Positions 27,363-39,941 of a stretch of DNA of 64,000 nucleotides are shown here, one piece after another. This DNA is from Eledone cirrhosa (taxonomy: Eukaryota). A program made the position numbers and the translations under genes. Numbering within the stretch: position 1 is the first letter of the stretch; every line of letters starts with the position of its first letter. Under the pieces are notes generated by a model. That model saw only the letters and a program-made list of their open reading frames with translations, was not told where the DNA came from and did not search any database. Where the stretch lies: NCBI GenBank assembly GCA_964016885.1, contig OZ024745.1:116312001-116376000 (forward strand). Reading direction: 5' to 3'.

Positions 27363-28550
27363 AGGGTCCTGACTCTTTTCCTATATATATATATATACTA
27401 TATATATATATAACTTACTATATATAACTTACTGACTAAGGGCATCAAGGTACATAACCACCTGTAATTGCATGGGTAAACATGTATCTATGTATGTAAG
27501 ATAAGAGAATATATATGTGTGTGTGTGTATATATATATATGTATATATATGTACATATGTATATATGTATATATATATATATGTATGTATGTGTGCGTGT
27601 ATGTATTATATGTGTACATATGTATCTATGTATGCGTATGTATGTTTTTAATGGAGCATCTATGTAATTATACCTCTATCTATATATGTGAGTATATTAC
27701 TTTTGTGATCTAAGAAAATTATGCGTTTTGGCTATTTGTCAAAATGTATTTATCTGGGATTGATTACTTATATATAGACCTCCTTGAAAATATTTACTAT
27801 TTTATATTTTATGATACATCATACGATATACTATACTATATACAATGTACTATATTATATTACATAATGCACTATATTATATTGCATTATATTATATTGC
27901 ATTATATTATATTGCATTATATTATATTATTAAATTATTGTATTTTATTATCTTATTATAATTTTCATCTTTTAATATACTATCCTTCCTAGTTATGACC
28001 ATTACTTTACCTATCTATATTTATCCTGGTTATCTCTATATTTTATATTTCTTTATTTATATTCACCTAAAAACTCCATACAACACAACTCAACATATAA
28101 TTTTTACATCCCTTTTTAAACTTCACTCCACCATCTACATTCAACTATCAATACAACAATCCCTTTTCTTCATAGGCTCTTCATAGTAATTCTATTCTTT
28201 TAACACCATTCAACCATTCCTTTCAAAAGGTCATGACCTTAACTAAAGTGAGTTATATTTCGTCTTAACATCATATGGCAAAACACTATTTGATAGGTTT
28301 GTTCTTCAGCTACCTCCAAATAAGGTCATAGAACTCAATTTACTATTGATTTCGAATAAAATTTTCATTGCTTTTGACAACGGCTAACGATAAACACGTA
28401 GGTAAATATATTCCTTATTTGATATTTTGTAACTAACCTTACATAGATCGATAACGAAATATGCGTACGATGTATTATTATCACCTAGAAACGATTATAA
28501 AGCAGTGAAGTATATTTCTAATGATTTGAATGTTTATTTCATTGTTTTAA

Positions 28551-28581
<31 letters not shown>

Positions 28582-28586
<5 letters not shown>

Positions 28587-28879
28587 TCTTAGGTTCTTCC
28601 GCGCCGTTCGGCATATCGAGCAGTAAGTGCTCCCCAAATGTAGTAGTATCTCCTCTTCCCCCTCTCTCACTGATACGTCTTCCCTTTCCGTAAAGATGTG
28701 CCCAGGGATTCCAATATTGAATTTTATTAAAATCCGATTAGCCAGTAATGTTTCGGGATAATAGTTTAACATGTGTGTAAAGTTTCATCAGGATCGGATC
28801 ACTGGTGTAGGCAAGAACTGGTTGTACACAGATACACAGATACACAGACAGACAGAAATTGCCATTTATATAGTATAAA
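28582..28879 (-). mobile_element. Short non-autonomous Helitron-like element
   Basis: Read on minus: begins TTTATACTATATAAATGG, then (CTGT)n, CCGATCCTGATGAAACTT, and ends with a GC-rich stretch before CTAA(T); typical layout of invertebrate non-autonomous Helitrons. Confidence 0.55.
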
Positions 28880-29109
28880 CCGATACGTAAAGTATAAACC
28901 GATACGTGCATATATATATGTGTGCATGTATGTATATATATATACATACTACTGTACGTCTGTATACATATGTGTATGTACGTATACATACATACTTACA
29001 TTTAAGTAAGTGCCGTACTAAGAGTGAGAAATGAAATTTCGTTTCATTCTATTCCATTTATATATATATATATAATATAAGATCAAAAGATGGTTAAAGG
29101 AGTTCCATA

Positions 29110-29180
29110 TATTTTATTATGCGCATTTCAAAAACAAACATCATCATGCAATAATATTTGTGTTTTCATCAGATAAAATA
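29110..29180 (-). ncRNA. Type I hammerhead ribozyme (left arm)
   Basis: Mirror image of 29304-29374. Confidence 0.85.
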
Positions 29181-29303
29181 GGAGAACATGATATGAAGGC
29201 TAAAAAACACTTGTGGATAGTGCAGTTTTAAATCAACATATGATATGTTGATTTAAAACTGCACTATCCACAAGTGTTTTTTAGCCTTCATATCATGTTC
29301 TCC

Positions 29304-29374
29304 TATTTTATCTGATGAAAACACAAATATTATTGCATGATGATGTTTGTTTTTGAAATGCGCATAATAAAATA
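29304..29374 (+). ncRNA. Type I hammerhead ribozyme (right arm)
   Basis: Stem I TATTTTAT/ATAAAATA; CTGATGA 29312-29318; 16-bp stem II (15 pairs including G-U, GCAT loop); GAAA 29355-29358; palindromic TGCGCA; AUA cleavage after 29366. Confidence 0.85.
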
Positions 29375-29671
29375 TATGGAACTCCTTTAACCATCTTTTG
29401 ATCTTATATTATGCATACTCCAGTCCCACAAACTGTAGAGTGCTTCTTATCCGATATCTGCATTGCTTTATTGTACTACAATAAAACTCACCTCCTACAT
29501 ATATATATATATATATATATAAGGAAAAGAAATCGACAATGCAACTGGAGTCTTTTTAAGAATGTTTATTTGTTTCCTTTAGCGGTTTCACAGTTCTTTT
29601 GCTTTTCAAATGTAGAATGGAGATGGAGGGTCTGTGTTTATAGCGCAGATATATATATATATATATATATA

Positions 29672-29761
29672 TAGGAACAAGTAAGACCCCACTCTACTAC
29701 CCTAAGTATTGAGTACTTTGGTGCGTTATGGTCCACTTGGTTCCTTACCACATTTCTTTCG

Positions 29762-29764
<3 letters not shown>
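29672..29764. repeat. Short (TA)n-embedded element, related to 34036-34196
   Basis: Shared AGGAAC.AGTAAGACCCC and CCCACTCTACTACC..AAGTATTGAGTACTTTGGTGCGTTATGGTCCAC.TGGTTCCTTACCA. Confidence 0.85.
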
Positions 29765-29808
<44 letters not shown>

Positions 29809-31173
29809 TGTAATACCACATGATAGTGACATATTTTACCCACGATTAATTCAAACTTTGTTCTATTTATATATGACCTTTTCAACTGCATTCATAGTTT
29901 GTTAATATTTTCTCACCATCTGACTTAGACTGCTCCCTCCAATGCTGTAATACTTGAGATTTGCAGACGAGAACATTGAATGTTATATTTTATATCTATT
30001 CAATAACGGAATATTTCTTTTTAATTTATGTATATTCTGAATCATACAAAACATTCTAATACTATGTATCTGTTTCCCTTTCATGTAACATATATTACGA
30101 TTTATAGTATGTCAAATATTTATCATTTTCAACTAATAGCTTAACTAAATAAGCAAATAGGTTTCTATTAGCAAGAGATTGAATATGTAAATTGGCTTAC
30201 TGATATTCGTTAGTCGCATTAATATAAAATAAGCGAGTCGGTAAGCATTTGCATATCTAAAATGATACTCTTCGGGTTTATTCTGATCATATTTTGATTA
30301 TATCATGCAAATATATTTGTTTCAGTTTTCACATGAATTTTTTCAACAAAGAATTTGCCTTAAAATTGACAATTTATTATTTCCTTCTGAGAATATTCGG
30401 GATTGTTGTGTTCAAGAAATTCCTCATGTATTTCCTGTTGAGCTTCATGAAACTGCAAAACACTAAAACGTAGAACTGAAAATAGAATTTTACACCTACA
30501 TTTAGGAGTGAAATTCTATTTTCTCGAGAAAGAAATCCTGCACAAATTTACTTGATTACTGGAAAGTACTCGTCGGTCTATTCAATAGTTGTAAAATATA
30601 TATTACCATGCTTGGGATTATACAATGTTCCTAAGTTTTCGGTTATCAAGCAAAAAGTATAAATCTGCGGTTGTTACCAAAGTAGCAGAAATTTATAAAA
30701 TTGACCACGAGGAAATCACCTATTCTAGCCTGGATCCAGCAACTCTGAAATTATATTTGGTTTCCTTGGTGATTCCCATGCCAATAAATAGAGTATGAGA
30801 GACCAAAGTTATTTACATACAGGGGGCACATTTGTGTAGAATAAAATTATTCTTAATATGAATGGTTCTTCATAATTGGGAAATGTCTATTAAAACCGGG
30901 ACCTAGGCATATATTTTCTTCAGCACAGACAGACCTCCTTGCAAATTTGAAGGGAAAATTTGATTCCTAGAGGAATGATAAGGGATACATTTCTGTAAAG
31001 ATTAGCCAATACGTTGAGACTTCGGAGAATTAAAACAAAACAGTTAATTTAACTTTTCAGGGACATTTATCTGGTTGTTTTATAAGTAATGATCTTGTTT
31101 GGACGAAGATCAAAGCACTTGAACTTTATCTCATTTACTGTATCATATATTAAGGCTTTTAAAGCTCATTATT

Positions 31174-31258
31174 AAGCACCAGTAATGCACTGGGATCAAT
31201 TTAACAGACTTTCTCCTACCCTTCATATTGTCTTGTGCCTAATGTAGAAAGAATTATT
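31174..31258 (+). mobile_element. Family A SINE 3' fragment
   Basis: ACCAGTAATGCACTGGGATCAATTTAA...CTTGTGCCTAATGTAGAAAGAATTATT. Confidence 0.65.
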
Positions 31259-31327
31259 AAATTAATTTACAGTCATTAAAGTAGAGAGAGATATTTGGAA
31301 ATATATACATATATATATATATATAGT

Positions 31328-31450
31328 GAAGGCGCTTGGCTGAGTGGTTAGAGAATTGGATTCACAATCTTGAGGTTGGGAGTTCGATTCCTGGACCAGG
31401 CGATGCGTTGTGTCCTTGAGCAAGACACTTTATTTCACGTTGCTCCTTCT
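31328..31450 (+). mobile_element. Family B SINE 5' part
   Basis: A box TGGCTGAGTGG, B box GTTCGATTCC, GTGTCCTTGAGCAAGACACTTTATTTCACGTTGCTCC. Confidence 0.8.
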
Positions 31451-31620
31451 ACCTGGAGTTGCGACGATAGATAATATTAGCAACTGGAAAGACCGACGAA
31501 AACATTGTTTCCTCGGTCCGATTTATCGAAAGTCATTCGATATATATATATATACGTTCGTACATATATATATATTATACATACATTCGTACATATATAT
31601 ATATATATATACATACATTC

Positions 31621-31707
<87 letters not shown>

Positions 31708-32513
31708 CATACATTCGTACACACACACACACATATATATATATATATTTATTTATATACATTCAAATTCGTACACAAACATTAAACTAAATTTCTGTAA
31801 TCGTCCCTGAGGAATAAAGAAAGGGATAACAATATAAGGGAGTAAATATGCCACTGGCTCTAAAGCAGGTCATACTCAATAATATTTTTATCACAAAGTT
31901 TTGCAAGGTTTTAACACAACAGTAAATATTGTCCTGGGAATAATTTTTTTTTTCGTAATTTAAAACGTTTCAAAATGGAAATGATTTTTAAATGTACTAT
32001 TGTCTTTCATAATGGTGTGTTCTAAAACTCCTCTGGCGGTATATACATTATTCATAAAAGAAAACGATATGAACATTTATTTGAGGTGACGGTTACGATA
32101 TGGTTTATAGACAAGTACATACATACATATATACATGCATGCATATATATATATGCATACATACATACATACATGGTGGCTGCCAACTCGTTTTCGAGTA
32201 CGGCCACTAGTTTATATCCATGTAGGAGATCCCCTACCGATGTGCTGAACGAGTGTTACTTTTTAGCCCAGCCAGCGACTTGAAAACTCTGGTACACACT
32301 GGCTCATATACACTTTTACAAATATGCGCATATTCACATACAGGCCCACGCACGCCTACAAAGATATATACATATATATATACACAAATAGGATATATAC
32401 ACAATGTCATTTAAAGATAAACAATGGGTCATACAATAGGTCATACATGAAACGGTGCATCTTGTTATAACCATGCACATATATAAACAATATAATCATA
32501 CACATACATATAT

Positions 32514-32552
<39 letters not shown>

Positions 32553-33242
32553 TATATATACACATACGTATATACACATATATAAAAGAAATATGCAATA
32601 TATTAAAAATATACATATAAATTCACATAGAGATATATAAAAAAGAAGAAGGAGGAACGTGTATGCATATGAGATATACACAGAAGTATGAGATATACAG
32701 AAAATATATGTGTTACAAGATGGAATACGTTGAGAGTATGGACTCTATTGAAAAGCTACACATGCATGGGGGTTCGTGGACCGGCCATACTGGAGTATGT
32801 CACTGTGGTTGAGGTATATTGTCCTATAGGTGTAATGCATATACACGCACCCAATGTAGGGAAAGGGCTTGTTTGTGTATATATACTTCCTTTATTTATT
32901 CTTTGTGTGAAATATTGATTGTTTTTCCTGTATCTTGTCTCTGTTTTTAGCCTGAGAAAATACCTCTCTGCATGTATAAATAATACATGCATATATTTAT
33001 TTATTTTATATCCAATTGAGTTCTTCACGCATGGTTAAAATTCTTGACAGAATTAATTGACCTGCGTGCATATTATTTTATCCTTTTATGTTTTGCGATG
33101 ACCTCCCCTTCCCGCTTGGTGACGGTGTGAGATTTCTCTTTGTGAGACTGCTGGAATTTCAAATTTCGCGGTCACTCTAACACTGACGGGTACCATCGCT
33201 GAATGTTAATATCGGTAGGGTTTTTTTATATCGATATTGTTG

Positions 33243-33378
33243 GGCATCCACTGATGATTTATAAGGTGCCCACCTGCATATATTCCTATAGACTATGTGT
33301 AGGCTTCTACATAACCTGGACATTATTTTCCCAACTTGTAGAAAACTTATAATGAAACGATCGTTTCGAAAGAGGGAT
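33243..33378 (+). ncRNA. Degenerate hammerhead motif with long stem II insertion
   Basis: CTGATGA 33251-33257; TTATAAG/CTTATAA stem II base; GAAAC-GATC-GTT 33354-33365; stem I imperfect. Confidence 0.45.
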
Positions 33379-33567
33379 GTATTTAATTATGTCTCATATA
33401 AAGTAATACAACTGGCTATCCGCAAAATACGTATAGTTAGCACCTCAAGCGTATAATTGGGATTATACTAAGGTATATCCTAATGTTTGTTGAGTGAGAC
33501 GGAAGTCGGTCGGAGTATTGCTTAAAGCTTTCTCTGATAATGTATTAAAATTGAATATTATTATTAA

Positions 33568-33678
33568 AAATCCCGCCGCGGTTAACTTTGCCTTTCATCC
33601 TTACGGGGTCGATAAAATAAGGTACCAGTAATGTACCGGGTTATTGCTGGCCTTGTGCCTAAAGTAGAAACAATTATT
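33568..33678 (+). mobile_element. 5'-truncated family A SINE
   Basis: AATCCCGCCGCGGTTAACTTTGCCTTTCATCC...AGAAACAATTATT. Confidence 0.85.
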
Positions 33679-33768
33679 AATATTCGAAAAACTAAGATTA
33701 CATTTCTTGTATTCAGCCATGTAGAGTGAAAATCTTTGTTTTCCTGTATTAAATATATATATATATGT

Positions 33769-33770
<2 letters not shown>

Positions 33771-33862
<92 letters not shown>

Positions 33863-33863
33863 C

Positions 33864-33960
<97 letters not shown>

Positions 33961-33961
33961 C

Positions 33962-34038
<77 letters not shown>

Positions 34039-34194
34039 GAACCAGTAAGACCCCGACAGCTGAGCTCAAGCCGTTTCGACGGCTAATTCTCAGCTGTCGG
34101 GGTCTTACTGGTTCCTATTACCCACTCTACTACCTCAAGTATTGAGTACTTTGGTGCGTTATGGTCCACATGGTTCCTTACCACTTTTCCTTCG

Positions 34195-34256
<62 letters not shown>

Positions 34257-34296
34257 CTCTCTATCTCTCTCTCTATCTCTCTCTCTCTCTCTCTCG
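33771..34296. repeat. Compound (CT)n/(AT)n array with an embedded hairpin element (34036-34196)
   Basis: Repeated CCCTCTCTCTATCTCTC junction; ~27-bp inverted repeat GGAACCAGTAAGACCCCGACAGCTGAG. Confidence 0.9.
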
Positions 34297-35019
34297 CTCT
34301 CTGTAGACGTACTGTATGCTACTGTAAATCAAACTCTTATAAGCTGTATTGGAATTTCCATTGGAATCAGGAACCGCAGACTTAGCGCTCACGCACACCA
34401 CACACAGAGAGACACCATATGGTCATCACACACACACGATATATACTCTATACACATACAATGCACATATTAAATACCAACAAAAATGTCTCGCCATATT
34501 CTCACTACAGTGTCTGCACTCACACATACACATTTAATTTCACTTACGTCAGAGTTTGGCAGCTGTTATAAGTTATAACATTCATTTGTAATAAAAGCTG
34601 CGACAAAATAATTTGTTTATCTAATATTTATGACTTGTAGACGGTGCTATAATACGTAATCATAATACACCTTAGTAATTGTCAAACTTTGACTTAAGGG
34701 GGATTTGTTTGTTTTTTTGTTGTTGTTTGGATGGGAATTATAATGTTGAATGTACAACAAGAGTGGTTTCTAATTCTAATAATAGGTTTCAGTGATTGAT
34801 GATTTTCTTTGTGACGAGAGGAAGGTTGCCGATTATGGATTGTAGTAATGTTAGAATAGTAAATATTGTTATAGTTAGCTAGAATACGGTGCTATTCCGT
34901 ATCTAATGTGTAATGCTATGTCACAACATGGCTCCAGTATACTAACCTTGTTATTTAGTTCCCTTGAGAATAGAATTTAAGTAACTAAACTATCTTTTCT
35001 ACACATTGTTTTAGAAAAA

Positions 35020-35510
35020 GCTATGATTCCACCGTTGTAACAAGGATATTTCTATGTAAAATTCCTAATAAGTCGCCAACAGTGAACTGGGTTTTGCAAA
35101 TAATTTGTTCGATCTAATGCCTTCAAATTTTAAGTAACATGACTCAGATTCTGGAACTGTGGATAAACATGCGATGATTCTGGTGGTTTTGCTTGGCCTC
35201 ATTGGTGGACAAGGAACTATTTTCAATCGATTTGTGCATTTAAGCAGATAATGGACATTCGCTAACTCATTTTTTGTTCCATTAACAATTTATGATATTT
35301 CTGTGAGTCGTTTGTCATCAGATTCTCGTTAGTTGTCAAAAAAGAATACTTATCTCTACTCTCTGTGGTGGAATAGTGACCGACAACAGCAAGTGCTACC
35401 GACACCAAATCCTCAATTTACCAGAGTTTCCCTCCCAATTTCTGTATCAGAGATCAATGAACAGAAACCCTGTTTTGACAGGATCAACAACAAACTCCAT
35501 CTACTTTGGG
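35020..35510 (+). pseudogene. Possible heavily decayed cadherin-repeat coding segment
   Basis: Frame-broken motifs in order: KIPNKSPTVNWVLQIICS, HDSDSG, ADNGHSLT, TIYDISVS, ATDT, VSLPISVSEINEQKPCF. Confidence 0.3.
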
Positions 35511-35514
35511 GTAA

Positions 35515-35712
35515 TATGGAGGGATCACGTTTTGCGGCATAGAATTATGGCGCTTTACGTTCTGAGCTGAAATCACGCCGTAATTAACTTTGTATGTCAT
35601 TCTTACAGGGTCAATAAAATAAAGTACCAGTAAAGCACTGAGGTAGATTCAAACGACTTTCCCCTCCCCCAAATTGTTGGTCTTGTGCCTAAATCAGAAA
35701 CAACTATTATTA
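35515..35712 (+). mobile_element. Family A SINE (long form, decayed head)
   Basis: CTTTACGTTCTGAGCTGAAATC...AAATAAAGTACCAGT...CTTGTGCCTAAATCAGAAAC. Confidence 0.8.
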
Positions 35713-35771
35713 TGTGTCACTGCAGTTCGATGAGGCTTTTTACTTTCTTTGTTAATTCATATGGTTTACAA

Positions 35772-35936
35772 ATGGCATGTCAAACATGCGGCCGGCACAA
35801 AGGGTTTTACAGCGTGAGCTTGTTATATCTTCGTGTTATAAAATAAAGAAATGTTTTCTAATGTGCGCAATTAGTTATCAGACAATACATATGGGACCCA
35901 TGTAGCCCTCGGGCGTCCCTCAGTTTGACATGCCAG
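35772..35936. mobile_element. hAT-type MITE
   Basis: TIRs TGGCATGTCAAAC / GTTTGACATGCCA; 8-bp TSD GTTTACAA / GTTTACAT. Confidence 0.8.
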
Positions 35937-36411
35937 GTTTACATGTGTAGTGTTACACTCTTCTTACATTTTCGTTAATAGGAACTCTCGTTTTACTCTT
36001 CAATGAGGTGATCCACAACAAAAAGCCGAACCTCCCCGAGATGCGTATGGGGCTACGAAACTACGCTATTTGCACTCGTCCATGGCCTGAAGACTATTGA
36101 GTTGTGATGTTATGTTGAACAGATGTTATCCTGTAAAAGCCGGATCTGGAGGAGTCCACCGAGATGATCGCCCGGTCGCCTTACCTTAGACAAATAAGGC
36201 CAGTAGACTTTATAATTATTCCATCTATGGGGTGATTGGATTTGTTTGAATTTTACTGTTCCCTTTTTTGGTTTAGTTTTGTGTTATTTAGTATTTTTAA
36301 CCGTTTCCATGAAACTGCACTGATTCGTATTGCACCGTCTATAAGAGGCTGGTTGAAAACTGTTGGTCGTTTATAAAGAATTCATTATTAAAGAGATCAA
36401 AGATTATTAAA

Positions 36412-36727
36412 GAGTTCAAATCCAGCCGAGGTTAACTTTGCCTTTCATTCTTACGGGGTCGATGAAATAAAGTACCAGTAATACACTGGAATAATTGCTG
36501 GCCTTGTGCCAAAAGTAGAAATAATTATCATAGGGCGGCGGATTGGCAGTATCGGTAGAAGGTCGGACGCCATGCTTTGCAGCAAAGAGTTACGGCCCTT
36601 TGTGGTTTGAGTTCAAATCCAGCCGAGGTTAACTTTGCCTTTCATCCTTACGGGGTCGATAAAATAAAGTACCAGTAATGCACTGGGATAATTGCTGGCC
36701 TTGTGCCAAAAGTAGAAACAATTATTA
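36412..36727 (+). mobile_element. Tandem pair of family A SINEs (truncated plus full length)
   Basis: Two near-identical bodies; ATTATTAAAG on both flanks. Confidence 0.9.
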
Positions 36728-36734
36728 AAGCGAT

Positions 36735-36747
36735 CATCCTCATCACC

Positions 36748-36781
<34 letters not shown>

Positions 36782-36999
36782 CCATAATCATCATCATCAT
36801 CATCATCATCATTACCATGATCATCACCCTCATGATCATCATCATCATATTTATCATCATCGTTATCCCCGTTGTTGTTGTTACTGTTGGAGGTGGTGTT
36901 TGAGGTGGCGGGGCCACTGCTGTTCTTGATGTTGCTGATGAGTCGCTTTTGTCATTGGTTTAGCAGTGTTACTGTGCGTGTCTTTGTGTGTGTGTGTGT

Positions 37000-37049
<50 letters not shown>

Positions 37050-37086
37050 GTGTGCATGTGTGTGTGTGCGTGTGTGTGCATGTGTG

Positions 37087-37150
<64 letters not shown>
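36735..37150. repeat. (CAT)n and (TG)n microsatellites
   Basis: Direct reading. Confidence 0.9.
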
Positions 37151-37154
<4 letters not shown>

Positions 37155-37999
37155 ATAGGGAGTATGTAATCAATCGCGACTATTCTTGTTTCTCTCGTAC
37201 AATATAGAGCCAAAAGCTAGGAAAATCAATATAAAACCAATTGGGATGTTAATTCGAAATATAATGGGGACTATTCGATTTTAATACACGCTTTGAGAAT
37301 TAATTATCGCTCAAATTATTCTCAAACAATAGATTACTGACTTAACATATGAAGGAGAGAAAACATATTCCTTTGATCACGTGTTCGATGAGGGTGGGAG
37401 GCAAAATAGCTACAGTAACAGGAATTCAGATATTACATAAAGTTACAAAACATAATATGCTACAGGAAATATCAGACGCCTAACAGCACAGATTATGCTT
37501 CCATTGTTGTGAAAATTAACTGCAGTAACTATTCCCGTTTTTGCTTTCATGCTGCCTGTATTTCATATTAAATAACATGACCGCAATGCTATAGCTATTG
37601 TGTTTGTAGTTAGTAATGATATAACGGATTCTACAGTCGCTACAGTTGAAGTTTGTCACATATGATTGTTATAAAGGTTAATATATGCCATATATGACGT
37701 AGGTAGAATGTGTGCTTTGTTTGGCTGTAATCTATTGATATGGGCCTTTACATGATATCTCTAGATGTAATCCATTGAGTAATGGCGGTACTGTGTTATC
37801 TAAGTTATTTTATTAGTGTTTTACAAGAGATATGGTTCATCCTTAAATTAATCCAGATCGACCACTATTACGCTCAATTTAATCCTATGTGATCAATACC
37901 TAACCCATTCATTTTCTTTCAATATAACCAAAATAACATTATGTAAATGCGTTCTGGTATGAAGAGGGTTTGATGATATTTGAGGGTTATTTTCATGTC

Positions 38000-38430
38000 A
38001 CTCTCGAGTGCTACTGGTATCATGTAACCCAGTACAACCTGTCGCATGGTCGGGTCATCGGTGACTAAACCGGCAACCCCGCCAAGTTTACTTGGTAAGG
38101 AGGGTGACTTTGGACACTCTGCAGAACAAAACACAAAACCTGACAAATGGCGGAAGAACTCATAAGTGACAAAGGCCATCTACAAGAAAAGAAAAAAAGA
38201 AATCCTGCCAAATCAATGGGTGGCAGTTGTTCCAGCTGCACGCATCGAAAGACTGGTGTAGTGGCTTTCATAACAATGAGGCTTTGCAGATGATCAATGC
38301 AAATTGACAATGGAAAGGCGCTCCCGCTCCAGTTAGAAGAGAACTATTGACCTTCAGGAGAAGCAGCGACCCCTGATTGCAACCGAAACAAATATGTAGT
38401 ACACCAAATTCAACGCTCCTAGGGGAGCCC
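38000..38430 (+). mobile_element. Possible 5' UTR fragment of an RTE-like LINE
   Basis: GC-richer island with GGTGACTAAACCGGCAACCCC and AAAACCTGACAAATGGCGGAAGAAC, resembling RTE 5' regions from memory; no coding support. Confidence 0.3.
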
Positions 38431-38886
38431 ATGGTTCTTATTTGCGATTAAATTAGATTAGATTAGCTGTTGATTACAGTAGATCGAGAAACGAAGTAGA
38501 CGCTTTGGTATGAGCTGAAATACGGCAGGATGAGATTCACTATTAATGTTTCGCCAGATGGCTATTCAACATTTTACACACTTCAATACTCGAGGCACTC
38601 TCCCGTGTAATACAGTACAATACAATCTAAAATGATGTGCATAACAAATCAACTGTACATTCAAGTGTGAGACGCAGAATAAGACATACGATGGTTTCCG
38701 TTCAATGTTTTGTAATTTAATATTGTATAGACCCCTCGAAATCAGCTCCAGGTGATCCTATAAATTCCCTGTTAATGGTGTACCTTTAACAGTTTTCTCC
38801 TATTGTGTTTGACGCCTAAAAATATATTCAATTACTGTACTGTATATTCCCACATATATATATGTGCGTGTGTATGTGTGAGGTGT

Positions 38887-38939
<53 letters not shown>

Positions 38940-39639
38940 TGTGTGGGGCGATGGGAATGGGAGTGATTGTTTAATGCATTATGAAAAGCCGGACACGATT
39001 GTTTTGTCTACGTTAAAGAGAGAAATTTGTCCATAGCTGAATCGATATATATCTTAAGAAACTTTGAGGTGTATATTTTGAGGAAGAATATGTTGTTAAT
39101 TGTAGTTCCCTGAGTGACTACACAAATCCTTCATTTATTGGTCCATGTTTATAGATTTTGTCGTCTGTCAGCTTTACATTAATCAGTATTCCGTAACTAA
39201 TGATGACAATCGGATAAACAGTAAAACAGTAAAACAAAGATTCGCCTTTTTCAGCAATAGGGTTGTTTTTTTCTAACAAAGACACATTTATTTAAGCGGA
39301 CCATTCTATCTAACAGCAATTACATATAAGAGAAGTATAATACAACACAACATTAATTCTGTTGAATACTCAAAAGACTGTTGTGTTGATTTTATCTTTA
39401 TTTTTATTTCGTGGGTATAGCTCGTATAAAAATGATTTATTCTATATAATGATGTATCCCTGATAATGCATGCATATGAAGTCGTATGGGCACCGTATTT
39501 ATATACCGCATTTTTAGGCTATTTCTTAAATCTGGCGGAGGCCTTCTTTATTCCAGGACTAAATACAGCTTATTTCGTCAAGAAATAAGCTGTATTTAGA
39601 GAGAGTGAGAGGATTGAAGGAAGAAAGCGGTATAGGAGA

Positions 39640-39762
39640 AGAATCGACCACGAAAGGCTGAAAAGCAAAGTTGATCTCAGGGTGATTTGAAATCAGAGAG
39701 GCGAAACGAATACCGCAAAGCATTATATCCGACGTTCTAACGACTTTGCCATTTCGCCGCCT
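39640..39762 (-). mobile_element. Decayed family A-related SINE
   Basis: Reverse-complement head GGCGGCGAAATGGCAAAGTCGTTAGAACGTCGG, then TTTCAAATC, CTTTGCTTTTCA. Confidence 0.65.
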
Positions 39763-39941
39763 TAATAATAGCTTCTCCATAATAACGTAGAAAACATATA
39801 CTGAATGTACGTGTATAAAACACTTTTTACGGACATTACATTTTCTAATTTATACCTAAACATTAACCATCAGACGAAAGATAATGGAATTATATTGATT
39901 TGAAGATATAAATGTCGACCATATCCTGCTACACTCTAGTT

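Larger units (their letters stand above)
29072..29412. repeat. Perfect palindrome (170-bp arms, 1-nt spacer at 29242) made of PLE terminal sequence
   Basis: Arms are reverse complements as read; the arm matches 44935-45108. Confidence 0.95.

Noticed and set aside
30400-31050. Possible very old GIY-YIG remnant on the minus strand
   Set aside because: Only vague motif echoes; no conserved GIY or YIG readable.
31328-31400. tRNA gene
   Set aside because: A and B boxes continue into a SINE body; no acceptor stem or terminator.
32240-32300. Hammerhead-like CTGAACGA...GAAAACTCTGGTA
   Set aside because: Extra bases in both core halves and a poor stem II.
36050-36100. Type II hammerhead (GAAAC...GTC...CTGAAGA)
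   Set aside because: Stems I and II do not pair.
36179-36230. Minus-strand 40-nt exon ending in AAG|GTAAGG
   Set aside because: Good donor, but weak acceptor and no neighbouring exons or homology; not supportable without RNA data.
38005-38075. HDV-like ribozyme at a putative RTE 5' end (CCTGTCGC...GGGTCATCGGTGACTAA)
   Set aside because: P4 and J4/2-like parts are present, but I could not build consistent P1, P2 and P3 pairings.
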